From assembly GCA_013239625.1 (NCBI GenBank), contig MU054001.1, positions 248,001 through 312,000 of the forward strand: a DNA stretch of 64,000 nt, in the 5' to 3' direction. The translations under genes were made by a program, and so were the position numbers. Under the pieces are notes generated by a model. That model made no database searches and was not told the origin of the DNA. It worked only from the letters and a program-made list of their open reading frames with translations. The stretch comes from Lama guanicoe (taxonomy: Eukaryota). Shown in pieces: positions 50,501-64,000 of the stretch (the first letter of the stretch is position 1; the number at the start of each line of letters is the position of its first letter).

Positions 50501-52859
50501 TGAGTGTCTACTGAATGCTGGGCATGGTTCCAGGAGGTGAGAATTCAGCCCTGAAGAAACAGGTTCCTGCCCTCATGCTGGCTACATTCTAATGAGTTAA
50601 ATAATCTCACATCATCCTGAAATCACTTACCTAGCACCATCATAATTTGGGAGAGTGGCCTAATATTTATTGAATGTTCAACAGACTCTAGGCACGAAGT
50701 TATGCATGTTTCATGTTACCCTCCATTCACTCCTTCACCAAGCATTCACTGAGTGCTTGATATTTATTTAAGAGCACTGACTTAGGGGCTGTGGATTTAG
50801 TGGTCAGCGAGACAGTTAAACTCTCTGGCCCCGTGGAGTTTACAGTTTAGCTCTAACGTCTACCTGAAATGAGCTATCATTTGTTTTACAGAAGTTGGAA
50901 CTTCAGAGAGCATGACTTGCTCAGGATAGTAGAGCTAGTACTGAAAATCTGGGGCTTGAGCTCAAGCTGCAGGCTTTGCAGGCTGGGGAAAATAACATAT
51001 TTCCAATCAAATGCTTAATTCTTAAGATGATGCCGTTTCGAGAAATACCCACCTCACCTAATACACGGTTGATCTGAGCTGCTATGCTTTTTTAGAGCCT
51101 GTGGTTGCCTTCCCCTCCCTTTTTAAGTTTATGCAATCCCAAATAGCTGCATAGAAATAAAAAAAAAAATTAACAAATGGAGCAGCTCAGTAGCCATTTT
51201 GGTCTCGTTGACACCAACACCTTGGAGTCTCAGCTGATATTTTTTACGTTTGCCTTCAACTGATGACCAGGGCCACATATAACGTCTAAATGACTAGGAA
51301 AATACATCTCATAAATACTGGCTGACGAGCATGGGGGAGGGAGCATTGCTGAGCTGGAGTTTTAGGGCATCCGTGACTCTGTTGCTTCAAGTCTCCCCAC
51401 ATGACCTGCTGCAGGTCTTACAGGCTCAGAACTTGCTCTCTTCCAGTCTCCTCGTTATCCTGGGGGTTCACTGGGGGAGGTGTTCTTACCCTCTTCTCAC
51501 AAGTGAGCAACCGGGGTTCAGAGGGACTAAGCTGCTGGCTCAGGCCACATACTGATCAGCGTTTGAGGCAATCCCGGACCCACTGGGTCTCTGAATTGCT
51601 GCTTGGTCCTCTTATGGGATCCAGCACCTTTTGCAAGAAAGCATGGAGTCTGACCTTGGGGTTCTAGACAGGCTTTGGGGGGTAGCTCTGCAGCGTTCCC
51701 CACCTGTGGGAAGGTGGCACCTCGCTCTCTCATTTTGGTTTTGCTATCAGATTTCCCCTGGCAGTTTTCAAGCCACACATGCCTCTGCTTTCTGGTTGTT
51801 CAGGTTTGCTTTCATCAAGAACTCAGAAAAGTTTGCCATGTTCATAGCAACCACACAGGCATGACACTGAGTATGGGGCATTCAATCAGCAATAATACAT
51901 CCACCAACAGGACCTTGGGTCTCCTCGCCTGCATTTCTGAAACCCTCTGCCCCAAAGCTGTCACCTTGCAGAGGGGGTGCCTACCTTTGCTCCAGGCACA
52001 CGCTGCTTTGAGTCTGCGGAGATGGGGACTTTGGGACAGTATCTACCTTGTGGCTTGGAGAAAATGGACCTGACGGAGACAGCATGAAATACACGGGTGG
52101 GATTAGACTGTCAGTGTAGACCGGAGAAATAAACCATTTCCGGTGTCACTCTCCAACTCAAGGGCAGGGGCAGAGCAGAGGGGAAACCTGCAACTATAAT
52201 TACGGAATGTAAATTTATACATATATAAAGAGGAAGCCTCAGAGTGGATATTAACCACTAAAACTCCTTTTACATTATAAACACCACAGGGATATGGAAA
52301 AGCAGTGTGGGGATTAAGGGCATCTTTTTGCTTGGGGACAAATTTATTACTCTAGATTATGCCGTTAGCAGAGAAAGGGAAAATTGATACTTGGTTGTTT
52401 CTCTGTAAAAGTTAAATATGCGTGATGGGAGTGTCCTGCTCCTGGCTGTAAACACTTGATGGAGAAGGTGGCCAAGATCTTAAGGGAGCAAAGCGCTGGT
52501 GTGAGAGGCAATGTTGGAATCTAGCTCTGGTCCTGCTACTGATTGCCTGGGAGGTTTTGGACAAGTCTCTTTCCCTCTGGGAGTCTCAGTTGACTCATCT
52601 GCTAAATGGAAAGCCTGAGCTCCATGAGCTACAAAGGTCCCTTGGGCTCACATCTTTTCCAGGACTTAAAAACCCTTCTGCCACCTAAAAGGACAGACTC
52701 TCTGGAAAGTTCTTTTTTATTGTGATGGTGCATCAAAATCTTTTCAGCGTCTTCAAAAAGCACACATGCCCAGCCTCACCCTCTGAGATTCTGTGGCTTG
52801 GACATCTGTATTCAAGAAAAATATAAAATAAAAGTGGAATATGCACACAGTAAAAAGCC

Positions 52860-53535
52860 AAACTGACACCCGATCCCTGCTTCTTCCTGCCTAAGCACAT
52901 GCTGATATTGGCTGGTGTAGCCATGTGCAGTTGTAAGCACTTGCTCCTGGCTGTCTTGAATCTTTTGACGGGGGAGAGGAGGATGCTATGTGAACCAATT
53001 TTGGCCAATAAGGTGCAGAGGAAGTGTGCGTGGAGGATTTTGGGACAGCACTTATTTCCATGATAAAAGAGGACAGAAGCTGTGGTGGCACCTGCCCTCC
53101 CTACTGAGTCTTGAACGCGGACGTGATGACTGAAGCAGCAATATTCATTCATTCACTAGTTCAACAAATATTTATTGAGCATTTACTCTGTACCAGGTAG
53201 GACTCTGAGGTGCTGGGGTGTGGCTGAGAACAAAAGCAAGACTCCATCCTCATAAAGCTGACCTTCTGGAGCAGGAAAAGGGCGATAAACAAGCTACCCA
53301 GGTAAAATGTAGAGGTGCTAGACGAAGATAAACGCTATGGAGGGCAAAGTAAAGCAAGGAAGGAGAGTTACCTCGAGCATAAGGCCAAGATAATTGCACA
53401 AAAGTAGCCCTGTTATCAGGGAGCCAATAAAACACTACATCTTGGACTTCTAGTTATGTCAGACAAATAAACTGATTTTGTCTGTCTCTGTTAATTGGGT
53501 TTTCTATTACTTACAGCTGAATGAATTCCTGAGCC
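52860..53535 (+). mobile_element. Old ERVL/MaLR-type LTR (LTR33/MLT1-like) split by an L2 3' fragment at about 53143-53300
   Basis: LTR-like atgtgaaccaattttggccaataagg and end ggacttctagttatgt...ttgggttttctattacttacagctgaa; L2 end attcattcattcactagttcaacaaatatttattgagc. Confidence 0.5.
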
Positions 53536-53705
53536 AGTGTAGTGGGGGTACCAAGAGACAACTAAGTCATTTGATTATTTCATCCGCACTCTCCAGGGGC
53601 ATGGACTCCTAACAGTTTCTTGGCTGATTTCCAGAAATTTTCTATGTTAATACAAGCCATATAAGTATAAGCCATATATACAATCTCTCCATCTCTATCT
53701 CATTT

Positions 53706-53738
<33 letters not shown>

Positions 53739-53759
53739 CATACACATACACACACACAT
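53706..53759. repeat. (CA)n microsatellite
   Basis: Interrupted CA run. Confidence 0.9.
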
Positions 53760-55281
53760 AATTAATGACAGTGTAGCCTTGAGGTTGAAGGTCTGGATGT
53801 AGGCAACCTATATAGCAGGGCGTATGTATATAAATAGTATTGCGTGATATGCAGGCTGCCTCTAGAAAGGCTCCAACACTTTCTAAGCATGATTGTCTTG
53901 AATAAGTTTCTTAATTCCTGTTTTTCAATTTCCCCATCAGGAAAATGAAGATAACAAGCTTACCGCACAGTTTCTTCCGATGACTTAGCCCATTATTATG
54001 TTAAGCATGTAGAACTGGCCCTGGTACAACGTAACCGCTCAGAAATGTTCGCTACTTTACACACAATGGGTATCATCCCATTCCCTTAAACACCTACTCG
54101 TACATCTTCCCAACATGCACATAAATAGTCGTCCTTTTGAAACCTGCGTAGAATTCCTCAGTATGGAGATCAGTATTTTTTTCTTTTAAAGTCCAGGGGA
54201 CATTTGAATGAGCCCTCTTGATGGAGGACCATGTCCTAAAAGGGTCTGGGTTGCACAGAAGCTGGCTAACAGCCCAAGGAGAATCAGCTGAGACTGGCCT
54301 TCTTTCTTCTTTGTTAGCCTTCCCTTTACAAGGCTCCCTGTCTCCCACTCTCTCTCTCACCCTACTCTGTACACCTTCCCCTTTAGTTATGTGCAGGGCC
54401 AGGCACACTCATGGGGCAGCATTTCTGATACATTCTACTTCAACATTTAAGAACTGGATCTTTGCAGACTTTTACTTTATGAGGCTGCATCTCTTGGATG
54501 GAAAAACAAACAAACAGACGCACAAACAAACATGGAAATCAACCCAGAAGTTCCCTAAGTACAGATGCGCATAATAGCTAATTTGGTGGCATTAATACCA
54601 GGAAAGAAGAAGTCTTTAAATAGCAACTAGTCCGATGGGGACACAGAGATGAAATATATCAGATAATAATACCATAACACGTTAAGTGTAATGAGGGAGA
54701 ATAAGCATAAAGGGCAATGGGAGTGACTAATGTTAACTAATTGTGCCTTATAGCTGCGTACAGGAGATCAGGAAATGATCCGGCTGCGACAGACAAGCTG
54801 GGTTTCCACTCAGAGAAGGAGGAGGGGGCATCCTGGGTAAGAGAGGAAGTAGCATATGCAGGGCCATGAAGTGAGATACTGGGGATCCTAAGGGGTAAGT
54901 GGTGGGGCATGTGTGGGACGGGGCCAGAGAAGGTGATGGGGGCAGACTGAGAAGGCTGAGTCCTGAGTCTCTGATTAGCTGCTCTGGAATCCAGCAGGGT
55001 CATAAATAACAAAGCTGATGAGATGTAGCATCTTCTGGAACTCTAACCCTTCTAGCTTTCCTACCTTCCAAGCGACACCATTCTGCAGGGGCTCCAGAAG
55101 AAAGTGGGTGAAACTGCTGAGTTGGGGGAGAAATACAGAAAAAGTAGGTCACGGGCAGTGGGAAGGCTCATGATGACGTGCCTCTGTCTTGAGAGTGGGT
55201 GCTTAACACAGGTATTAGACAGGATTCTTTTGGTTGCTGCAAAAGAGGGACCCCAGCTCAGTTTAAGAATAAAAAGGTAAA

Positions 55282-55415
55282 AACAATATGAAAACGAATA
55301 TATGTATGTATATGCATGACTGGGACATAGTGCTGTACACCAGAAATTGACACACTGTAACTGTACTTCAATTAAAAAAAGAAATCTATATATACCAAAA
55401 TAAATAAATAAAAAT
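55282..55415 (+). mobile_element. Short L1 3' terminus inserted in an MLT1-like remnant (about 55213-55770)
   Basis: tatgaaaacgaatatatgtatgtatatgcatgactgg...tgctgtacaccagaaattgacaca...tacttcaattaaaaaaa parallels the tail at 30640-30740. Confidence 0.75.
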
Positions 55416-58400
55416 GAAGTACTTTTGAAGCTGGGTTTAAATACGCACATCAGGAGAATAAGGAGTGAATACAAGAGAATTTCAATAAGCTATTCTTTGG
55501 AGATGCAAAAAAAAAAAAAAAAGAACAAAAAGATAAAAGGACAGTAAGGTGAACGGAAGAGTTAGAAATCTGTCCTTAGGGAACCACATCCAGAGACCTC
55601 AGTGAGAGGCTCAAGGACATTCTCTCCAGGAGGCTGCCATTAAGCCATCTTGGCATCCAATAGCTATGTCCCTTTTAATAAGTATCATATTCCTGAAAGA
55701 GAGAATCTGACTGGTCCATTTTTGGCCTAGTATCGTTGTGGCTGGACCAATCAGCTGTGGCCACAGAATGACGGGGTGATGGCCCAAACCTGGGCACTGA
55801 GGCTCGAGGGGGCGCCAGTTATGAGCCAAGCGGCACGGTCCTCCCCAATCCAAAATGGTGGATCAAAGAGTAAATCAGGGCAATGCCCAGGAGTGAAGCA
55901 AAGCTGTCCTGCATTCAGGGCTCGGAGGGCGGCAGTTAGAGCTACCTCTGCTGGATCCAGGCCCTAAGAAATTTGGACTTCATAATTTACAAAGGCAACA
56001 GGGAGCCAACAAATCCATTCAGCACACATGAAATATTTCAAGTGAGGCACAAGGGACCTGGAGCAGGTCTTAGAGAAGATGGATTTACATCTGGCAATAA
56101 AACCCCAGCTCCAGTAACCTTTGCACTTAGGTCTGGATTTTGTCTGGATCTTAAAGCTTTTATAAGTGTTTAAGAGCATGAACTCTGTTAGGTTTGGAAT
56201 TTCTCTTGCCTTCTCTCCCCCCAGGGACTGAGCTGCTGGGACAAGATTGAGGGGCCTACCTTTTTTCCTCCAAGTCCTGGAACTCTTGGGTGATGTACTT
56301 AACCTTACTGAGCTCTAGCATCCTCACCTGTGAAATGGGGGTATTCCTGCCAACCTCATAGGACCGTCATGAATGCACCCTCCAGACACATTTGAAAGCG
56401 TTTTGCAAAGCAACAAATGAGTGCATGTGTGATTATTTTGTGATCTTGTTGGAGTTTGGTTTTGGGGGTAGAAAATCATTGCTTTGGGTGTCAGCTTTTG
56501 CTTAGGAAAGTCCCCTTACCTCTCTGATCCTGTTTCCTCATCTATAAAATGGGGACACTAGTGCCTGTCTTGTGATGTTATTGTGAGGGTTAGACAATAA
56601 TGCATGCAAGGGGGCTTGTCAGGGTCTGAGTACAAGGTTCAGGCAAAGCACGTGGTAACACTCCCCAGCTCCTGTGGAAGTGTTCAGGAAGATAGATCTA
56701 ACATTCATGGTGGATGTGGGTCTCTCCAGGGACCAAGAGGCCTTTGGAGTCCCCACGTGTGGTGTATATACCTAGTGCTCACTTATCTGTTCTTCTCATT
56801 TCCTTCCTGGTATACTGGAGACAACACTTCTGAGCCTCCCTAAAGTTAGACAGGGCCACCTTACTAGTCTGGGCCACAGAAATATGAATAATGTGAGTCC
56901 CTTCCAGATGAGAAGCCTCTGTATGAGTGCCCATCATTCTTTTTCCTTGAGTCTGCAAGTATGCCTGCCTCTTGTTGACGTGGTGGAGCTGCTGGATCTC
57001 CAAGTCACTGCATGGAGGATGGGTGGCCTTAAGATTCTCAGACTGGTAGCAAACTTTGCAAAAATTAAGCCATGGAGACTTGGGAGACATTTGTTACTTC
57101 AGCACGTTCTAACCTAACCTGACTAATATATGATTCTATTGTTTACTACCTATGTGATCTTGGGCCAGGAATGTAACTTCTCTGAGTCTTCCTTTGTTTG
57201 TCTGTAAAATACAATAGATAATAGGATTAATTCATAGGATCATTAAATAAGAATATGCATGTAAACTGTTTAGCTCAGGGTTTGGCACATTGAATACACT
57301 TGATGAACATGGCAGTAGTGATGGTAATAATGCTATTGGGGTGATGATGGTGGTGATTCAGAAGCTGGATGGAGTAACTGGATTCAAATCCTTCTGTTTA
57401 GGTCGAGGAACCCAGGTAATCTCCAGCTCTGGACAGTGGGTAAGAATCTTCTCTGGCACGTGCTGGTGCATGGTTTATTGTATCATGAGAAACCAGTGAA
57501 GTGTCAATACCTGTGGTTGTCTGTGCAACTGCCTAGTCTATTTATAAAAGGATAAATACAATAACATTTGCCTTATTTGGGAAGTTATTAACCAGAGAGC
57601 TCAGCCAGCAATGCGCTCTTCTATTCTTAGCATTACTAGTTACTTTTTTCATTTGACAAGAATGTGAAATCATGCATCGTGCGGAGAGCTGGCAGTGTGG
57701 GGATAAATATGGACCGGTGTGCACCCTCAAAGAGCTTACAGTCCATACAGTGTTTATAATGATTACACCGAGATACTCTAAGAACAGGAGGATATATTTT
57801 ATTTATTTATTTGTATTATTATTTTTTAATCTTGTTTTTTATTAAAGTGTAGTTGATTTACAATGTTAGTTTCAGGTCTACAGAAAAGCGATTCAGTTAT
57901 ACATAGGAGTATATATTTGTGATCTCCACCCCTACTTTGCCCCAGTACGAGATTGTACACAGTGTGACTCCACGGAGAGAACTTGGGGTTTGTGGATAAA
58001 GGGATGCAAGTCTGAAATCCAGCTCTGCTACTTCTGAGCTGTGTCTTTGGGTAAAATCCTTGACCTCTGTCAGCCTTGGATTCCTTATCTTTAAAAAGTA
58101 GATGATCACTGCTATCATGTTATGAGAATTAATTACAATATATGTTACACACCTTGGGTAGAACTTAGAATTTAATAGATGTTTAAAAAGTATTAGCAGT
58201 TCCTAAGTTCCTTGAGATTGTACATTACTGTACAATTGTATTGGAGTGCAGACTCCCAACAACTTGACCACAGAAAGTGGTCCACGTGTATTGATGCAAT
58301 GGGAGGCAGAGAAAACAATTTGCAACAATAAAGCACCATTTGAGGTATTTGTATAGTTTGAATCCATTTTCTATTTATACAGAGACTTCATTTGGTTTTA

Positions 58401-60065
58401 ATTTAAAAAATTTGGACCTCTACCGTCAAATTCTGTTACTCATATTTTTCAGTTTTTAGCCAATTATTATCACTGCTTGAGTGAAGTCCTTGCTAACTTT
58501 ATTTCCTTTTTTTAATGATTCTCATTTCCACTCCCCCTTTGCATGTAAGGGTACGGGTGATGTGTAAAGTCTGCAATGTGGTTCTGTGTGTGTGTGTTTA
58601 ATGTATATGAAGTGGATTGTATTGAACATTTTGCTCTCCTTCCTATTTTTCTCATGAATCCTTCTGTTTTGCGGCCCTGTCAACATTGTTCTATGTCCAT
58701 CTAGTTATTGTTCCTCACTACTGTGTAGTATTCCATGTAGACCCTTTTTATTAACCAGAACATTGGATTTATCAGAACACCTTTATTCCCCAGCCAAGAC
58801 TACTATATTGGAAGCACTGTCTTCATTTTCTATGAAGTCAGTCATTAAATTATGAACTTATGATGCAATTACAGCTATACTGATGGCCATGTCCCCTTGC
58901 CCTCATTGAGAATTATAGTAGGAGAGAACTGAAAGCAAGCTCTTTGATTTTATGTCTCTCTGTTATGTGTATGCCTGCCCATGTGCATGTGTGCTTTTGG
59001 CTATATTGTACTGTCCTATGTTTTAAATAAATACTCCAATTTACATAATTTTAGTGAATTTCCATGGTGCATGAAAATACAAACTCAGGGCTATGATGTC
59101 AATTAGGACAATTCATATCCCATAATAAAAGCAGCCTTGAGTTTTAGAGGGAGGCGAGCTACATTCAAGTTTGGGTTCTGCCTCTTATTAGCCGTGTGAT
59201 TTCAGCCAAGCCATTTAACCTTTCTGTGAAGTGGTGAGTAATCCATTCAAGGCTGTCCTGAGGATAAGATGAAATGACAATAGACATGTGGTAGAAATGC
59301 AGCATCATATATTCTTTTTGTTTGTTTCAGAGATGCAGTTCTAAAACTGAATGTAATTAGCAAACGTTTGAGGGCCTGCTCTGATGCTGCCCTTTCTCAT
59401 TTGTGCCCATGAAAGATGTTGCTAATTGAGCTGGACACAGCCCCACAGTCCTCTTCAACTTAGCACTCTGAGAAGACCACCAACTGATTAGGGATGACCT
59501 GCACCCCCAAATTTAATTTTCAGTTTTTGCCATTCCTGATTTAGGCACCATGATGAGACCACTGGGGAAGAGCAGAGATGAACATATCCTAGGTTTCAGA
59601 AAGCCTAAAGTCATGCAGGAGCAGCAGGCGTAATTAGCTCCAAAACAAGACAAGTATAATCTTACAATAAGTCCACCAAATGCTATGGTATGGATACACA
59701 GAAAAATGAGAGATGGAATCATGATTTTTCAACGATGTCATGATGGGCATCATTGGTAGTTTTTTGGAGCTGGTAGCATTTCAGCTAAGGCTTCAAGGTC
59801 AGAGATGATTTAGGAAGTGCACATGTTGTGAAGAAAATTCCAGGTAGGAGGAAGGGTCTAATCAAGTCTAAGATGTAAGAAGTGCAAAGTATGTGTGGAG
59901 AGTAGCCCAGTCTGGCTTAAATCCACATACGGTACTGTAATACTACTATTAGTAAAATACTAATACTAATTGGTATTAATAAAGCACCTGTGTTGTTCCA
60001 AGCACTGTGTTAAGCATTTTACATATGTGATGTCATTTGATAATCATAAAAACTCTATAAAATAA

Positions 60066-60488
60066 TGTATCAGCTAGCTATCACCATCTAACAAACAATT
60101 CCACAATTTATTAGCTTAATATAACAATCATTTATTATTTATCATGAGTCTAGAGAGTCTGCAGATCTGGGCCAAGCTTGGCTAATTTCAGGCTCACTCA
60201 TATGTCTGTACTCTGCTGATGGGCCTGGCTGGTCTAAGATGGCATAAGCTGGGAAGCCTCCGTTGAACGCTTTCACATCCTTTCCGTAGGCTAGCTTGGG
60301 CTTGTTCACATGCCTTTGTCAGGATTCTGAGATAGAGATCAGAAACATGAAAAGCCTCTTTGGAATTTGTTTGGAATTAGTACACAGTCACTATTCTATT
60401 TGGCCAGCCCAGATTCTAGGAATGGGGAAATCGGCTCTATTTCTTGATGAAAGCTGCTGCAAAATCACATTGTAATCAATCCACCACA
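60066..60488 (-). mobile_element. MLT1H-like LTR nested in a MIR (MIR halves about 59975-60065 and 60489-60620)
   Basis: TG...CA ends; ctggctggtctaagatggc, gggcttgttcacatg, gcccagattctagg; the flanks join into a continuous MIR. Confidence 0.7.
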
Positions 60489-61694
60489 AGTAGTAGCTAC
60501 TATCATTATTTCTCTGTACTATAAATGAAGAAACTGTGGTCACAGGAGGTTGAGAATCTTGTCCAAGTCCCTGTAGCTGGTAAGTGAAGAACTTGAACTT
60601 GGCTTACTTGGTGGCAGAAGCCAGTAAAGGTCATGAGCACAGGAGTGAGGCTATTAGCAGAAATACAAAGAAGGGATATTTCTATAGCTAAAAGCTGGAC
60701 CCATGGAGAATGCAAATCTTGATTATTCCAACATCAGGCCACTCCACTTTCAACTCAAGTTGGCCTTGGGTCACAGCATTTTCTTGGTTATGGTTTTGGC
60801 TTTTGAAAGACACTCGCACCGAGCCTACCTTTGCTCCAGCCCTTAATCCTCTGTGCCTTTCAGGGAAACTTCTGAGCATGTTCTGTGATTATGAAGCATC
60901 TTCAAGCTGATGGGGCCTGTCATTCCAAGGACTCATGTCACCTCGGCATCCTTGTATGGCAGCCATCATCACCATTGACTGAGGGCTCTGGAGAAGGTGG
61001 AGAATCAGAGTGGACCTCACATCCCAGCTTCCTCACTTGCCATCATTCAGAGGTCTGGGCATGGTAACACGAGACCCTTCCTGGAGCCAGAAGCAAATGT
61101 GAAATCTAACCTTAATCAGATGTAGGCTTAGAACTGCACACCTGCTAACTCTGGTGACTGAAGGTTAAAAGGCATAACGTGGCTTGATTTTCTCCTAGAT
61201 CAAGGGCAAGAGACCTTTGGTAAGTAAAGTTACTCACAGATCACAAATTCGAGCCAGTGTTCCATTACCATTGATCACAGGTGGCCATCCGACCAGGAGA
61301 GTCTGTGTAGCTTAGTGGGAGGTTAAGAGCACGTGCTTTGAAAAAAGACAAATTTAGGGTTGAATACAGCAGCCTATTTCTTTTCTGTGAAGTACCTAGA
61401 CAAGGGATTTAAATCTCTCCGGGTCTTGGCTTCTTCTTCATAAAGTGAAGACCGTAATATCTACCTAGCAGGGCTGTCGTCAGAATTAGGTGTGTGGAAG
61501 TCCTCCTAGTGGCCACTCTGATTAAGAGCAGGGTTGCATCATTGGAAGACGAAAATCTGAAATCTTGCAGAGCCACCCAGGAGAAAGCCAAGTGTGTGAA
61601 AAGAATCCACCACTGCTGCTCCAAGCCTTTGACAGTCAATAATGAACAGTTCTGCCTGTACTAGTGTGCCCTGCTTGGGGAGACCCTGATGCAT

Positions 61695-62030
61695 CAGTGC
61701 TTCTCAAAACTGGCTGCACAGTACAATCACTTGGGGAGCTTTAAAATATCTCAATGCCCCAGCCCATCAAAAGGCCAATTAAACTAGAGCCTCTGGGGTG
61801 TGGCCCAGGAATCAGTATTTTTCAAACTCCCCAGGGTAGGAACTAGGGTAAGGCAGGGGAGCTGCCTCCAGTGCAGAATTTAAGGAGGCACCCACTGTCT
61901 AGCACCAATTCCGGGCTCTCTGGATCCCAGGGGTGAGTGCTTCCTTAAATATTTCACCTTAGGTGCCTCACTCTGCTCCCCCTAGTCCTGGCTTTGCTCC
62001 CAAGGTGATTCCAGTCATCAGCCAAATTTT
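61695..62030. mobile_element. MER5-like MITE interrupted by a palindromic MER96-like hAT element (about 61832-61996)
   Basis: MER5 start cagtgcttctcaaa...; insert has inverted arms 61878-61895 / 61933-61950 (16/18 complementary); candidate 8-bp TSD ctccccag / ctcccaag. Confidence 0.7.
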
Positions 62031-64000
62031 CAGTAATTGTTAAAACTGTGAATTTATGTAATAAGTCCATGGGCCACAGAAAAATGACCTGGCTCCGTTC
62101 TACTTTTCTGTTCTGTCTTCCTTCCCTCCATCCTTTCTATTATTTCCATTAGAAGGAACTATTTAGCCCCGAGCTTCCAAATAACCAAAGTGTCCAACAA
62201 ACAACAGGTCCTTTAGATAAACGGACTTATTCTCTTAAGTTTAAACTTAAGCACGTTTTTTTTTCTTGATCATTTTAGGAGGACCTCCCTCCCACTGCAC
62301 CCCCATGACTTACCAAGATTTTTGACAGCGACTTCTCACTAACACTGGGCTTCCCAAAAGAACAGTCTGCTGAAAACAACAAAAAAACCCCCAATCCCCT
62401 CTTTATCTTATGGCTCTGATTATTATGTTACATTACAGTAGGCTTTCCCTGTGAAAATAAAAATCAAGTTCATTCATGGTTATGACACCTCATTACATAG
62501 ACAATGGTCTGGCACGTAGTAGGAATGTTGAAAAATGAACGAATGAATGAATGACTAGCTCTATGTTTAGACTTCATTTCATCTTCCCTTTGGACCTAGT
62601 GGTCCAATTTCATCATTCTCCTCCTTGGAGCTACTTGAGGGAGGAAACTGATGGTTAGAACCACATTTTGCACACAGTTGGAGGGCAGGAAACAGTTATT
62701 GCAATAAAGCAAAGCACCCAGTACCCCTGGAACCCACACCCTTTCTCTCTCAGCTGGTGAGTAGCTTAAAGAAGCTTCCCAGAAAAGGTGCTGACAAGAG
62801 CTCACGATTCCAAGCCGAGAAAGCCTAGTGCTGGTAACGGAAGCCTGCTGCTGACACGTGATGGAGAATGCTGGAGCAGGCTGTGGCTTGAGAGCCGGCG
62901 GGTGGAGCGGGGCAGCTCTGGGGCTCTCCTGCTCGGGGAAGGCAAGCCATGGCTGGGAGGAGAGAGAGGAGCCTTCTTCTTGGCTCCCCAGCTGGCATCT
63001 CAGGGCCTGAAGTTGAGTCTGGGGAGGAAAGGTTGGAGGAGAGGCCGTGGAGCTCGATGGAACATCATCTCCACTACCAGCTGCCTCTCTGAGGACATAG
63101 ATCTCGGAAAGAGGCCTGCAATTCAGACCCGTGCAGCAGCCAAAATCTTTTTTTTATTAAAATGCTTTGTGCTGCAGGATACCGGGGAGTTAAGCTGATC
63201 TGTCTCTGAGAGCGTGTTTGCCTAGAGCGCACTATTAGATACTTTGTCTTCTTTAAAATAATACTAAGAGATGGGCTTTATAAAGTCTCTCTGCTCCTGC
63301 TCTATATTGCCGCCTGCAGAAATGGGGCCAGAAGCAGAGACCACTTGCCCTGCTGGGAAGGGCCTTGATGCACCAGGAAGCGAGGGCTTTCCCACTGCCT
63401 GGCTCCCCGGCAGCAGCGTGCGAGCTGGAGCAAACAAACCGGGTTTGATTTCCGAGATGTCATTGGTGAAAACGCCGCGTTATCCGTCAGGTTAAAGATA
63501 CTGCTGCCGTGTCTACAGCTCCTGTTACAAGTGCTATCAAATCATTCACAGTAGCATTCCTCTTGGATAAAAGATTTTATCGAGAGCATTTATTTATAAA
63601 GAAAATAGTGCCGATAGTGGCATCGTTACGTTCCCCCGTTAATCATCTCCCGTCTCTCACACTGTGTTCAAGCTCATTAGTATTTGTAAGATAAAATATA
63701 CACACTTGATTATCTTTTGGCACCTCACGATTTAAAAAGGAAGAAGAAGAAGGGGAGAAAAAAAAAAAAACAACCTGACAGCAAATCCTTGAAAGTGATT
63801 GCTTTTTACTGCGCACGGAATTTTGTGTTTCTCTGAGCATGCAAAGGCATCTCGTAACATCTATTCCATTGGTATCCTTGGCAATTTTAGGCATAAATAA
63901 CCACCCTCTTAAGTGGTGCAACATGTATTATTTTTCTCCTGTGAACTGGGGGCCTCACACACACGATTCTCCAATTGCAAATAATAAAATGTGTGTGAGA

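Overview
This is mammalian genomic DNA, probably from a camelid (inferred from tRNA-derived Vic-1-like SINEs and an artiodactyl-type L1 tail; I saw no Alu, B1 or Bov-type SINEs). It holds one protein-coding gene, IRX6 (Iroquois TALE homeobox), on the minus strand. I reconstructed six coding exons by hand from GT-AG sites: 43549-43593, 42289-42546, 41486-41595, 41001-41308, 39598-40209 and 38672-38679. Together they give 1341 nt, i.e. an intact 446-aa ORF with the Irx homeodomain, an acidic tract and the IRO box. A large CpG island covers the 5' end. The rest is gene-desert-like: old repeats (MIR, L2, L1M, MLT1/MER21/LTR16 LTRs, hAT MITEs) alternate with repeat-free AT-rich blocks that look like conserved enhancers. 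The other ORFs in the track appear spurious. I found no new protein-coding system. The most interesting signals are regulatory: (1) an orphan promoter-like CpG cluster (NF-Y, ETS, YY1) about 1 kb past the IRX6 stop; (2) an ~85-bp non-transposon duplication inside an enhancer-like block, next to an AP-1 + TATA candidate promoter; (3) a strong CTCF motif at the IRX6 promoter with a divergent partner upstream; (4) a NAGNAG acceptor and a readable last intron that could vary the IRX6 C-terminus. Repeat family names and conservation calls come from pattern recognition only and need RepeatMasker or alignment confirmation.
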